A stretch of 64,000 nucleotides of DNA from an uncultured Caldisericota bacterium (GCA_964493625.1 CAZBOU010000001.1:143922-207921), one strand, 5' to 3'. Shown: positions 47,560 to 56,611, counted from the stretch's first letter. Program-made: numbers and translations. Notes: generated by a model from the letters alone, not told the origin.

Positions 47560-48858
47560 ATGATAAAATACAAAGTTTTAATTGCCGACGATGAAGAAGG
47601 TGTACGAGATCTCTGTACTGCCATTGCAGAAGATGAGGGTTACGAAGTCATCACTGCAGTTGACGGGATTGATGCCTTGCAGAAAATCCGAGAAGAAATT
47701 CCCGATGTTATCCTATTGGACGTTCGAATGCCCGATATGGATGGCATGGAAGTTTTTCAAAAGGTAAAGGAAGACTATATCGATGCACCAGTTGTATTCG
47801 TAACAGCGTTTGGCTCTTCCGATCTGGCCATTGAAGCCATGAAACAGGGCGCGTATGATTATATTACGAAACCATTTGATATAGATGAAATCCGCATTGT
47901 CTTAAAAAAAGCTCTCTATGTAAAACAATTAACAAAAGAGATTACCAACCTACGATCGAATCATAATACAGCCTACCCAAGCACAGTTGACTTAGTCGGT
48001 TCCTCGCATGTTATGCAGGATGTTTTTAAAAGCATCGGCATGGTAGCTAAAAACACAGCCTCTGTTTTGATCGAAGGAGAAGCAGGTACAGAAACCGATC
48101 AAGTAGCACATACCCTGCATGAAAAATCTGCGATGTCCGAAGAACCCTTTTGCGAGATATCTTGTTACGAAGACGTCGATGCCTTCCAAGAGGAATGTTC
48201 CAACTTTCCTACAGGTTCTACCGCAACGGTATATATAAAAAATATCCAACTTCTTTCAAATAAAGGGCAGGAAATTCTATTTCAAAAGATTTCGAAGGAC
48301 ACCTCCTCCCGCTTTGTATCTTCTAGCACTGTTGATATTTCCGACAAAGTAACGCAAGGGCACTTTCATGAACAATTGTTTTTTAAACTGTCTACGGTAC
48401 GCATTCATCTACCCCCTTTGCGGGAACGAATAGAAGATATCGAAGAAGTTGGACTTCATTTAATAGAACCTTTGAATGCACAATACAAAAAAAATGTGAA
48501 GGGTTTTTCTTCCGATGCAATCGACATTTTCAAAGCATATTCGTGGCCTGGTAATGTGGAAGAATTTAAAAATGTATTGACGCATAGCATTATTTCCACA
48601 AAAAGTAATTTCATTACTAAAGAGAATTTACCCGCATTTCTTTTTCATAAGTCCACTGAACAAAAAGTAAATCCAGATGATATATATCTCGGTTTAACCC
48701 TCTCAGAGGCAACAAAAAAATTTGAAGCGGAGTATATAAAGCGAATTTTGCAGATGCAGGGAGGGAATAAAACCAAAACAGCTGAAATTTTGGGCATATC
48801 TCGCCGCTCCTTGTTCAACAAACTTAGATCCTATGAGCTTCTATCACCCTCAAAATAA
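47560..48858 (+). CDS. NtrC-family response regulator with degenerate AAA+ core and Fis-type HTH
   Basis: Intact receiver (ADDEEG..ILLDVRMPDMDG..KP) and HTH (GGNKTKTAEILGISRRSLFNKL). The central domain keeps LPPLRERIEDI and WPGNVEEF, but Walker A reads GEAGTETD, the GAFTGA segment is absent, and Walker B reads VYIKNI. Confidence 0.88.
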   Translation: MIKYKVLIADDEEGVRDLCTAIAEDEGYEVITAVDGIDALQKIREEIPDVILLDVRMPDMDGMEVFQKVKEDYIDAPVVFVTAFGSSDLAIEAMKQGAYDYITKPFDIDEIRIVLKKALYVKQLTKEITNLRSNHNTAYPSTVDLVGSSHVMQDVFKSIGMVAKNTASVLIEGEAGTETDQVAHTLHEKSAMSEEPFCEISCYEDVDAFQEECSNFPTGSTATVYIKNIQLLSNKGQEILFQKISKDTSSRFVSSSTVDISDKVTQGHFHEQLFFKLSTVRIHLPPLRERIEDIEEVGLHLIEPLNAQYKKNVKGFSSDAIDIFKAYSWPGNVEEFKNVLTHSIISTKSNFITKENLPAFLFHKSTEQKVNPDDIYLGLTLSEATKKFEAEYIKRILQMQGGNKTKTAEILGISRRSLFNKLRSYELLSPSK

Positions 48859-48942
48859 AAAAGGCTCTGTTGTGAACCTTTTAATTCCGAAAGATTATTT
48901 TCTATAAAAAACAGAAAAAACCTAAAAAAAAGGTGTTTTTTC

Positions 48943-48971
48943 TTGATTTTTTAAAAAACTTTTGTTTAAAT
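48943..48971 (+). promoter_or_regulatory. Candidate sigma-70-type promoter for the third giant gene
   Basis: TTGATT, 17 nt, TTAAAT within a very AT-rich 222-nt intergenic region. Many alternative hexamers are possible. Confidence 0.25.
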
Positions 48972-49080
48972 ACTTTTATAGAAAAGTAGTATTTTGTAGT
49001 ACCTAGTGTAATGTTAATTTTACAGTAAGTTTAATTTTTAGGCCCTTTAACCTACAATTAACTTTAAAGGGGGGTAGGTT

Positions 49081-52000
49081 ATGAAAAAGACAATTCGATT
49101 TGTAGCTAGTTTAATTGCAGTAACCTTAGTGGTTTCTGTATTTGCCAGTGTTGAAATGACCCGGGCAGATGCTCAGAACATACAGGTTACACCGTACCCT
49201 AAAACGGCAGGAACACAAGCATCCTACCAAGTAAAGTTTAATGTAAATTCGGCACTTCAAGCGGGAAAAGATTCAATTTCAATCATTTTCCCCAAAGAAA
49301 CGAATTTGGATTCGACGATTTCTTCTGGAAACATTTGTGTTAATCCAAAAGAGTTAATAGGTGCTGATTTTGAACTTGATTACCGCACGGGTACTGTTCG
49401 TTTAATGAATCCTCTTCGCAAAGGGGATCGTGTTGTTGTGGACTATCGTTATCAACCTGGTCCAGACTACACACAGCTACCGCGAAACGTTAAATTTTAT
49501 GATTTAACCTATGGTGCTGGCAATGTCCGTTCCGGCAACGGCCGACTGGATGCTGGTGAATGGATCTATGAAGACCGTGATAACGACAGTAAGATTTCTG
49601 TGGGTGACCGCAGATTATGCATTGTCGCTGTTGGTGGTGTTACCTACCGCCAAGGATCCTTGGTTCAAGTCGGTGACAACGACTTTGGAGCCGGAGCTGA
49701 TCCAACAAGACCTTTAACGTCTTTCTCTTCCACCAACCTAACGTTTGTTGACAACAACAACGATGGTATCTTCAACGAAAACGATTGGCTAGTGGATGAT
49801 CGCAATCAAAACAACTATTTAGACCGCAACGATGTTTTGATTGCTGGTATTTTCGATTACCAGGCAGGGTCCATTGTAGAAGGGACCAATTTGGATATAG
49901 CCAATGTTGTCACTCGTTTGGGCAATGATCCTATTGTTGGTAACGATTATGTGTTTGCAGATACCGTATCTGCCAATGGAACCTATGATTTTGGTGAATA
50001 CATTTATGAGAAAACCACCCTGCTTGCTCTTAACAAAGAAGTTCAGGTTGGCGATACTCGCTGGAGCTGGGTTGTTGCTGGAACCAATTTGTATCCACCC
50101 CAAACCATTGTTGTAGCAGGCGACACCGATATTGGCACGCCTGTCAATATCTTCCCATGGTCTGCCACATCCTATTCCGAAGGGTATACAAACAACGTTA
50201 CCCCTCCACTACCCGCCCCACCACTATTCAATGGATGGCGCATTTATCGATTGGCAAACAATACGACACCAGCTGTTTCAGCTGGGAATTATCGAAAAAC
50301 CGATGTGCGATATGGGCAGTATGCACCTACTCTTCTTGTTACCCCCATCGACGCTGACATCGGAAAACCATTGTTTCCTTTTGCCACCAATGAAAAGTTC
50401 CACGACACCGATGGAGATACCAATTATTGGGAGACCGATCCTGTTTACCGCGATCTAGACAACAACAGTACGGTAAGTGAGGGCGATGTTCGTCTCACCG
50501 ATTTTACTGTATGGGATGGTTCGCATCGCATCCACTACACAGCTGGTTCCATTGTACGCAATTGTGAAAAAGATGTGGGCCTTGCATTGTCTACGTTCCA
50601 ATCCGCTGCAAATCGATATCGCCATATGGAAAATGGAATTCCTAATAACATTTTTGAACCTGGCGAAATGATTGTTCGAGATGCAGATGCAACCAATTCT
50701 ATTACAGCTGGCGATACTCGTTTTGATTATTATGGCGTTATGTCTGCCAATGTTTCGATCATGAATGACCAATATTCTGACTATGGAAAAACCCTTACCA
50801 AGGGTTGGACCGACATTAATGGCGAAGTATTGGTGAATTATGCTGACGGCGGGGAGCAAATCCTGAAATTGTCTCATTACCCCGTTATTGCACCTGTCAT
50901 TCCCATAGACAACGATGTCAATTATCGAGTAATGCCCATACAATTAGCAAGCAATCCTACCAATTTCAAGAACACTGGAAAATGGTACTATATTGTAACA
51001 GCCCTCAGTGATACCTTGAATGAAGAATCTCCTCCATGGCCAGAACGCATGGTCGATTTTACTTCTGGGAATATGAATGCTGTCCATTTAAACTGGTCTC
51101 CTGTACCCAATGCCAGCAAGTATAAGGTATATCGAACAAAAGATGCTGGAACGTATAGTGAAGATTCTTTAGTCGCCGTTGTCAAAGCTCCCTATACATC
51201 GTATATCGATGTTGGATGCGATGCATTAACCGGAGCTCCACGGCCAGAGTATCGATCTTCCTTTACAAAAATTATGATCGAAAGACCTACCAATGGCGGT
51301 TCTTATACCACCCGCCAAATGAATGAATACGAGTTGTCGGATTACAAGATTGATTGCAAAACCGGACTCATTACATTCCGTAAATCCTTAAAACAACTCG
51401 ATACTGTTGTGGCCGACTATGATGTTGCTCAGAGCATTACCAATGAAAAAATTATCATTGATACCATCTCTGGTCGCGGTCAACTTCGCCATGGCGAAAT
51501 CATTGACCCCGATTTATTCGGCGAAGAAGAATACAAACTTGAACTTCGCAAGGTAAGTGCATCCAATCCAAACTACCCCACAGTTCTTGTTCGCGGTGTA
51601 GATTATCAATTTATGGATTCTAACAATGATATTGTCGAAGGCTTGAAGAATGGTTCCATTGTCTTCTATACCCAAATAAGCGATGGAGATTCTGTATATG
51701 CCGACTATTATTACAGAGACAAAGTGCGCGGTGATTTAGTGGCCGTTGCAAATGGCAACGAAACACAACTAAGAACTCACCAAAGCAATATTGTTCCCGG
51801 AACATACACAGTGTACAAAGGAAAAACCTTATCCTCTGCTCCTGTCATCAATGTTATGAACAGCGAAAGAGGACCCTTGGTTACCTTTACCACACCCGTT
51901 AATGTCATTCCTGATCCCGCCTACAGAGTGAACCCAACCCCCGAATCCAAGCGAGATATTACGATAGTCTTTTCACTCCAAACCGGCATTCGCAACCCAA

Positions 52001-53901
52001 GCAAAGCTGGAAACTATCAGCTATATGTCAAAACATCTCAAGAACAAACTGAAATTCTTTCAACACCTTATGTTATTGAAGCCGGCAGCGAAGCCCAGCA
52101 GCTGATCAAGCTAACACAAGACCAATCCATATCTGCTGGACAAACCATTGCCTTAACATGTGCCGTACAAGACAATTTAGGAAATATGATACCGAATACT
52201 TCCATTAAATATACTATTGTCAGTTCTCCGAATAGCGAAGGTATCTTAAACAAAGAGAATTTTGTTACCGATTCTTCGGGTAACGCCGTAGCCATGTATA
52301 CAACTTCCAAAACTCCTGGCCTGAATACAATAAGGGCCCATATCGTTGGAACTACACAAAGCGTTACTTTCAAGATTAATGGACTCTCTTCTCAACCCAT
52401 CACGCGCATTGGCATATCTCCTAAAGATGCGCGCGTGCTACCAAACGGCACACAATTGTTTACAGCCATTGGATATAACTCCGCTGGTGAAAATGTACCC
52501 AATATTAAGTTCAACTGGTCTGTAAGCCCACCTAGTATAGGAACTATTACCAGCGATGGAAACTTCACTGCAGGTTCTTCCAATGCAACCGGAACAATTA
52601 TAGCAGAGGCTTATGGCGTGCGCGCCACCGCCAATGTAACCATTGCGTCGGGTCAAACAAAGGTTTCCAACATTGTATTGAATCCATCCCAAGCGGAAGT
52701 ATCGGTTGGAAAGACTGTTCAGTTTACCGCCAAAGCTTACGATAAAGACGGAAACGAAGTATCTGTACCCTTTACGTGGTCTATTAGCAATGATGAATTT
52801 GCTTCTATTTCGCAAAGTGGTCTCTTGACTGCAAAAAATCCTGGTACTGTTTTTGTTATTGCAACAGAACCAGGCGGCATGAATCAATATGCTACTGTTA
52901 CCATCACCAAGGGCGAATCCGGAATTAGTTACATAGAGATTCAACCTAGCACCTACCAAATGAATGTTGGCCAATCCGTACAGTTTACAGTTAGTGCCTA
53001 CGACCAAGCTGGCGATCGTTTCACCCCCACCAATGTTACATGGGAAGTTACCAGTGGCACTATTGGCGTCATTACAAATACAGGTGTTTTCACCGCTACC
53101 ACAGTGGGAATTGGTAGAGTAACAGCAAAAGTAGGTACGTTATCATCGAGTGCCGAAGTTACTGTCCACTCCAGCCAAGAAGAAGACAAAGTAGGACCCG
53201 TCATTACGCTTATTAGTCCAAAAGATGGCGATACCATCTCTGACAATACTGTTGTTGTACGCGGAACCGCCGTGGATCCTTCCGGCGTAAAACAAGTACT
53301 GGTCAACAATGTTCCTGCTAATTTGAATGCTGACGGTATCTTTACCTCTCAGCCTGTTGCTATTACCAGCGGAAGCAATGTGATTTCTATCATCGCTACA
53401 GACAACCGAAACAATGTCTCTATGCTTAGCATTACAGTCAAAAAGACGGTACCTGTTATCATTAAGCTTCAAATTGGAAACAAAAATGCCGTCATCATGA
53501 AGAACAATATGCCCCAGTTTGTTACCATTGATCTTGCTCCTTTCACAACCGAAGGCAGAACGATGGTACCGCTGCGCTTTATTACAGAATCCTTTGGTGC
53601 TCTTGTGGACTGGAAACCAGATGTACCTGCTACCGGTGAAGGACAGATTACCATTACACTGGACAAACACAATGGCAGCAGAGTGCAATTGATTATGCAT
53701 ACTGGATCTACCTTCATGAAGAAAATTACCACCAAAGACGGCAGCTCCACAGAAGAAGCTATCAATTACTCTCCTGCTCCCTATATCGTAAAACCGCAAG
53801 GCCGAACAGTTGTTCCTCTTCGATTTATCTCTGAACAATTTGGAGCCACTGTCGATTGGGATGCTACCACACAGGAAATCACCATTACCTATTATCCCTA
53901 A
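49081..53901 (+). CDS. Giant secreted surface protein paralog (1,606 aa) with split module, Ca2+-loop repeats, FN3-like, 4x Big_2, Ig and 2x CuAO-N-like domains
   Basis: RBS AAGGGGGGTAGG. Signal peptide MKKTIRFVASLIAVTLVVSVFASVEMTRA. Module signature TGIRNPSKAGNYQLYVKTSQE. Big_2-like units (~52380-53170). C-terminal GRTMVPLRFITESFGALVDW and GRTVVPLRFISEQFGATVDW. Confidence 0.92.
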   Translation: MKKTIRFVASLIAVTLVVSVFASVEMTRADAQNIQVTPYPKTAGTQASYQVKFNVNSALQAGKDSISIIFPKETNLDSTISSGNICVNPKELIGADFELDYRTGTVRLMNPLRKGDRVVVDYRYQPGPDYTQLPRNVKFYDLTYGAGNVRSGNGRLDAGEWIYEDRDNDSKISVGDRRLCIVAVGGVTYRQGSLVQVGDNDFGAGADPTRPLTSFSSTNLTFVDNNNDGIFNENDWLVDDRNQNNYLDRNDVLIAGIFDYQAGSIVEGTNLDIANVVTRLGNDPIVGNDYVFADTVSANGTYDFGEYIYEKTTLLALNKEVQVGDTRWSWVVAGTNLYPPQTIVVAGDTDIGTPVNIFPWSATSYSEGYTNNVTPPLPAPPLFNGWRIYRLANNTTPAVSAGNYRKTDVRYGQYAPTLLVTPIDADIGKPLFPFATNEKFHDTDGDTNYWETDPVYRDLDNNSTVSEGDVRLTDFTVWDGSHRIHYTAGSIVRNCEKDVGLALSTFQSAANRYRHMENGIPNNIFEPGEMIVRDADATNSITAGDTRFDYYGVMSANVSIMNDQYSDYGKTLTKGWTDINGEVLVNYADGGEQILKLSHYPVIAPVIPIDNDVNYRVMPIQLASNPTNFKNTGKWYYIVTALSDTLNEESPPWPERMVDFTSGNMNAVHLNWSPVPNASKYKVYRTKDAGTYSEDSLVAVVKAPYTSYIDVGCDALTGAPRPEYRSSFTKIMIERPTNGGSYTTRQMNEYELSDYKIDCKTGLITFRKSLKQLDTVVADYDVAQSITNEKIIIDTISGRGQLRHGEIIDPDLFGEEEYKLELRKVSASNPNYPTVLVRGVDYQFMDSNNDIVEGLKNGSIVFYTQISDGDSVYADYYYRDKVRGDLVAVANGNETQLRTHQSNIVPGTYTVYKGKTLSSAPVINVMNSERGPLVTFTTPVNVIPDPAYRVNPTPESKRDITIVFSLQTGIRNPSKAGNYQLYVKTSQEQTEILSTPYVIEAGSEAQQLIKLTQDQSISAGQTIALTCAVQDNLGNMIPNTSIKYTIVSSPNSEGILNKENFVTDSSGNAVAMYTTSKTPGLNTIRAHIVGTTQSVTFKINGLSSQPITRIGISPKDARVLPNGTQLFTAIGYNSAGENVPNIKFNWSVSPPSIGTITSDGNFTAGSSNATGTIIAEAYGVRATANVTIASGQTKVSNIVLNPSQAEVSVGKTVQFTAKAYDKDGNEVSVPFTWSISNDEFASISQSGLLTAKNPGTVFVIATEPGGMNQYATVTITKGESGISYIEIQPSTYQMNVGQSVQFTVSAYDQAGDRFTPTNVTWEVTSGTIGVITNTGVFTATTVGIGRVTAKVGTLSSSAEVTVHSSQEEDKVGPVITLISPKDGDTISDNTVVVRGTAVDPSGVKQVLVNNVPANLNADGIFTSQPVAITSGSNVISIIATDNRNNVSMLSITVKKTVPVIIKLQIGNKNAVIMKNNMPQFVTIDLAPFTTEGRTMVPLRFITESFGALVDWKPDVPATGEGQITITLDKHNGSRVQLIMHTGSTFMKKITTKDGSSTEEAINYSPAPYIVKPQGRTVVPLRFISEQFGATVDWDATTQEITITYYP

Positions 53902-53957
53902 GTTTATTCGTATAGCATATACCGCTTAAACAGCTAAATTCCAACAACACTCGCAAA

Positions 53958-53987
53958 GCCGGGGCCCTCAAAAGCCCCGGTTTTTTT
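53958..53987 (+). terminator. Rho-independent terminator after the third giant gene
   Basis: GCCGGGGC-cctcaaaa-GCCCCGG hairpin followed by TTTTTTT. Confidence 0.85.
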
Positions 53988-54030
53988 ATTCTTTTTTTTG
54001 GGTATATTTATACTGAACGTCATATAGAAA

Positions 54031-55080
54031 GTGAGAACAATAAAAACTATGGGATATATATTAGCCTTACTAGGATTGGCCCTCATTATACTTCTACACG
54101 AATATGGACACTACCTTGCTGCTAAAAAAAGCGGGATTGTTGTGGAGCGTTTTGGCATTGGTATGGGACCCACCATTAAAATTGGTAAGTTTGCAGCTCA
54201 TTGGTATCGAGATGGTACTGAGTTTTGTTTGTGCTGGATCCCCATCGGAGGATTTTGTCAACTAAAAGGGGAAGAAGATGATGAAAAAGGAGAAGGCACA
54301 TACAATTCCGCCTCTCCCCTCGCGAAGTTCTGGGTTTCGTTCAGTGGCCCTTTTGCCAATTTTCTCACTGCTTTCGCAATTCTTTTGATTGTTTTTTCCT
54401 TTTTGGGCAATCCCTTGCAGATGCAAGTCCAGGAAACTATAGACGAGTATCCTGCTATGGAAGCAGGCATCCAACCAGGGGATATCATTATTGGTGTCAA
54501 TGACACTCAAAGCGATGCATGGTCGGACTTACAACCTATCATTTCTGAAAGTGCAGGAAAGCCTGTCACATTAACCATTCAACGAGACAATGATACCTTT
54601 ACCATTAACATTGTTCCCAAAGACGACGATGGGGTAGGCATGTTGGGAGTCATTTTGGCTCCATCTGACCAACCTGTTGGATTTTTACAATCCGTCAAAA
54701 TGTCTCTTACCATGATGAAAGACTTCTTTGTCGAACTGGTACGCTTTGTTGGAAAAGCCATTACAGGCGACCTTGGAGGCGTACAAGTAACAGGTCCTGT
54801 GGGGATTATAAAGATGGCAGGAGAATCTGCCAATGCTTCTGCCGTGGCCTTTTTATTTTTTGTTGCCTTCTTAAGCTTGAATTTGGGGATTTTTAATTTG
54901 TTCCCTATTCCCCCTCTAGATGGTGGCAAAATTGTATTTGCAGCCTATGAAGGCATCACCAAGAGAAGCGTCAATAAAAAAGTTGAAATGACCGTTAGCA
55001 CGATTGGATTTATGCTTTTAATTGGGGTGCTTCTCATTGTTACCTACAAAGATATTGTCGGCTTGTTCTTTTCCGTATAA
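54031..55080 (+). CDS. rseP: RIP metalloprotease RseP (site-2 protease)
   Basis: HEYGHYLAAK (HExxH), a PDZ segment (AGIQPGDIIIGVND), and NLFPIPPLDGG. The start is either GTG 54031 or ATG 54049. Confidence 0.9.
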   Translation: MRTIKTMGYILALLGLALIILLHEYGHYLAAKKSGIVVERFGIGMGPTIKIGKFAAHWYRDGTEFCLCWIPIGGFCQLKGEEDDEKGEGTYNSASPLAKFWVSFSGPFANFLTAFAILLIVFSFLGNPLQMQVQETIDEYPAMEAGIQPGDIIIGVNDTQSDAWSDLQPIISESAGKPVTLTIQRDNDTFTINIVPKDDDGVGMLGVILAPSDQPVGFLQSVKMSLTMMKDFFVELVRFVGKAITGDLGGVQVTGPVGIIKMAGESANASAVAFLFFVAFLSLNLGIFNLFPIPPLDGGKIVFAAYEGITKRSVNKKVEMTVSTIGFMLLIGVLLIVTYKDIVGLFFSV

Positions 55081-55135
55081 CTAGTTCAAAAGCCACGACT
55101 TCTTCTACACCAGGAGGCGACATCTGAAAAAACCA

Positions 55136-55384
55136 ATGCATATTGATGGAAAACGTTTGGTTGAGATATTATCCTCTGGTGCATCAAAGCTCGTTGGACA
55201 CCAACAGTATCTAGACTCCATTAACTACTATCCTGTTCCAGATGCTGATACAGGGACCAATATGCACAAAACTATGATGCCGCTTTCCATCAATCAAGGT
55301 TCTTTCTACCATTCTTCATGGACACACAGTATTTACTCACTCCAAGGCAATCACGCAACCGATTGTTTTTCAATCGGAGTTTGA
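55136..55384 (+). pseudogene. Remnant of a DAK2 (DhaL/FakA-N-like) domain, truncated and frameshifted
   Basis: The first ~45 aa parallel the N-terminus of the neighbouring 625-aa protein (YPVPDADTGTNM vs FPVPDADTGTNM), then similarity is lost. Roughly 170 aa of the DAK2 core have no counterpart. Similarity resumes in another frame at ~55377 (FDFAGATHQYCTEVVIAGE vs FDFEDTTYRFCTEALISGD). Confidence 0.7.
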
Positions 55385-55439
55385 TTTTGCAGGGGCAACC
55401 CACCAGTATTGTACAGAAGTTGTTATTGCCGGAGAAAAA

Positions 55440-56489
55440 TTGCCCCTGGAAGCCCTTAAAAAACAACTCCCCAAAATCGGGGATTCGATTGTCGTGATCG
55501 GCAATTCAAAGAAAGCAAAAATTCATATTCATACAGACCAGCCAGGAGAAGTTTTTTCCATTGTTTCACAAGAGGGAATCATCATCCAAGAGAAAATTGA
55601 TGATATGTACCAGCAAATGCTTGATATGAAGACAGCTGCGCAAAGAAAGATTTGCATTGTTGTCGATTCCACCTTTGATATGGATCCAACCCTCATGGAA
55701 CGATACAATATTCATATTCTTCCTCTTCATGTCAAAATGAATGATATGGATCATCTAGATCCGTTTTCCATCGATACAGACACCTTTTACGCATGGATGA
55801 AAACATCTCCATATCATCCCACAACCTCTCAGGTTTCGCTAGCGGATGCTGAACGAATGTTCAAATGGACATCCAAATTGTATGACCATACCATTGCCCT
55901 TACCATAGCAAAGGTAGATAGCGGGACATACCAAAGCGTTAGCAAGGCAGCAGAATTGGTTTCTCCTGACACCATTACCGTTATTGATACCAAAACAGGG
56001 TCCGGTGCTTCCAGCTTGCTAGCTCTTGAAGCCGCCAAAAGCATTGAACAAGGGAAATCTCACGAAGAAATCATCAAGGATTTGTACGAAAAAAGACCAG
56101 CAGCGGAATTACTGATTGCTATCAAAACCCTACAACATTTGTTTCGAGGGGGTCGTTTATCCAAATCTCTTTTCTATATCGGAAAGGCTTTGGGATTACA
56201 ACCCATAATTACGGCTGATTCAGAAGGAAAACTGATTCCCTTTGCCAAAGTATTGGGCGGACGAAAAAAAGTCCTAAAAAGGCTGCTTTCTGAAGTTTTG
56301 AAAAAAACATCAACGTATGCCAGACCTAAATTTATCATTTCTCATGCCAATGAACCCCAAGAGGCCCAATGGATGAAAAAGGTCCTATCGGAAAAAACGT
56401 CTTCTCCTTTTATTTCTGTTACCACGATGGGGCCAGTACTAGGTTCTCATGGAGGTCCAGGCACCGTTGTTGTGTCTTGGCTCCCATAG
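55440..56489 (+). CDS. DegV-family fatty-acid-binding protein (C-terminal part of a decayed DAK2::DegV paralog)
   Basis: GDSIVVIGNSKKAKIHIHTDQPGEVF followed by a DegV core (ICIVVDSTFDM..HILPLHV..PTTSQVS..RGGRLSK). The open frame extends upstream to ~55278, so the real start is uncertain. Confidence 0.8.
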   Translation: MPLEALKKQLPKIGDSIVVIGNSKKAKIHIHTDQPGEVFSIVSQEGIIIQEKIDDMYQQMLDMKTAAQRKICIVVDSTFDMDPTLMERYNIHILPLHVKMNDMDHLDPFSIDTDTFYAWMKTSPYHPTTSQVSLADAERMFKWTSKLYDHTIALTIAKVDSGTYQSVSKAAELVSPDTITVIDTKTGSGASSLLALEAAKSIEQGKSHEEIIKDLYEKRPAAELLIAIKTLQHLFRGGRLSKSLFYIGKALGLQPIITADSEGKLIPFAKVLGGRKKVLKRLLSEVLKKTSTYARPKFIISHANEPQEAQWMKKVLSEKTSSPFISVTTMGPVLGSHGGPGTVVVSWLP

Positions 56490-56611
56490 TTTTTCCTGTA
56501 GTAGCTCCCATTGCTCGTAGTAGCAAAGCCTTCCCCTATTGCACCCCCCATTCCAATTGTTATAATCTAGAGATAGATCCTTGGCCAAATCTCTTGCATT
56601 AGGAGTGTACT

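Noticed and set aside
48859-48900. Possible terminator hairpin AAAAGG...CCTTTT after the response-regulator gene
   Set aside because: The stem is short and A/T-rich, the loop is ~12 nt, and no proper T-tract follows. This is not convincing.
48931-48946. Possible sigma-54 -24/-12 element AGGTGTTTTTTCTTGA upstream of the third giant gene
   Set aside because: It has GG, but the TTG(C) element is shifted by one position relative to TGGCAC-N5-TTGC, and the GC dinucleotide is missing. The adjacent regulator also lacks GAFTGA.
50455-53838. Several 160-230-aa minus-strand ORFs (50455-50943, 52438-53007, 53143-53838, 52998-53309) inside the third giant gene
   Set aside because: The plus-strand frame has clear domain structure (Big_2, CuAO-N-like, module signature). 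The antisense translations have no recognisable motifs, and long shadow ORFs are common opposite long genes.
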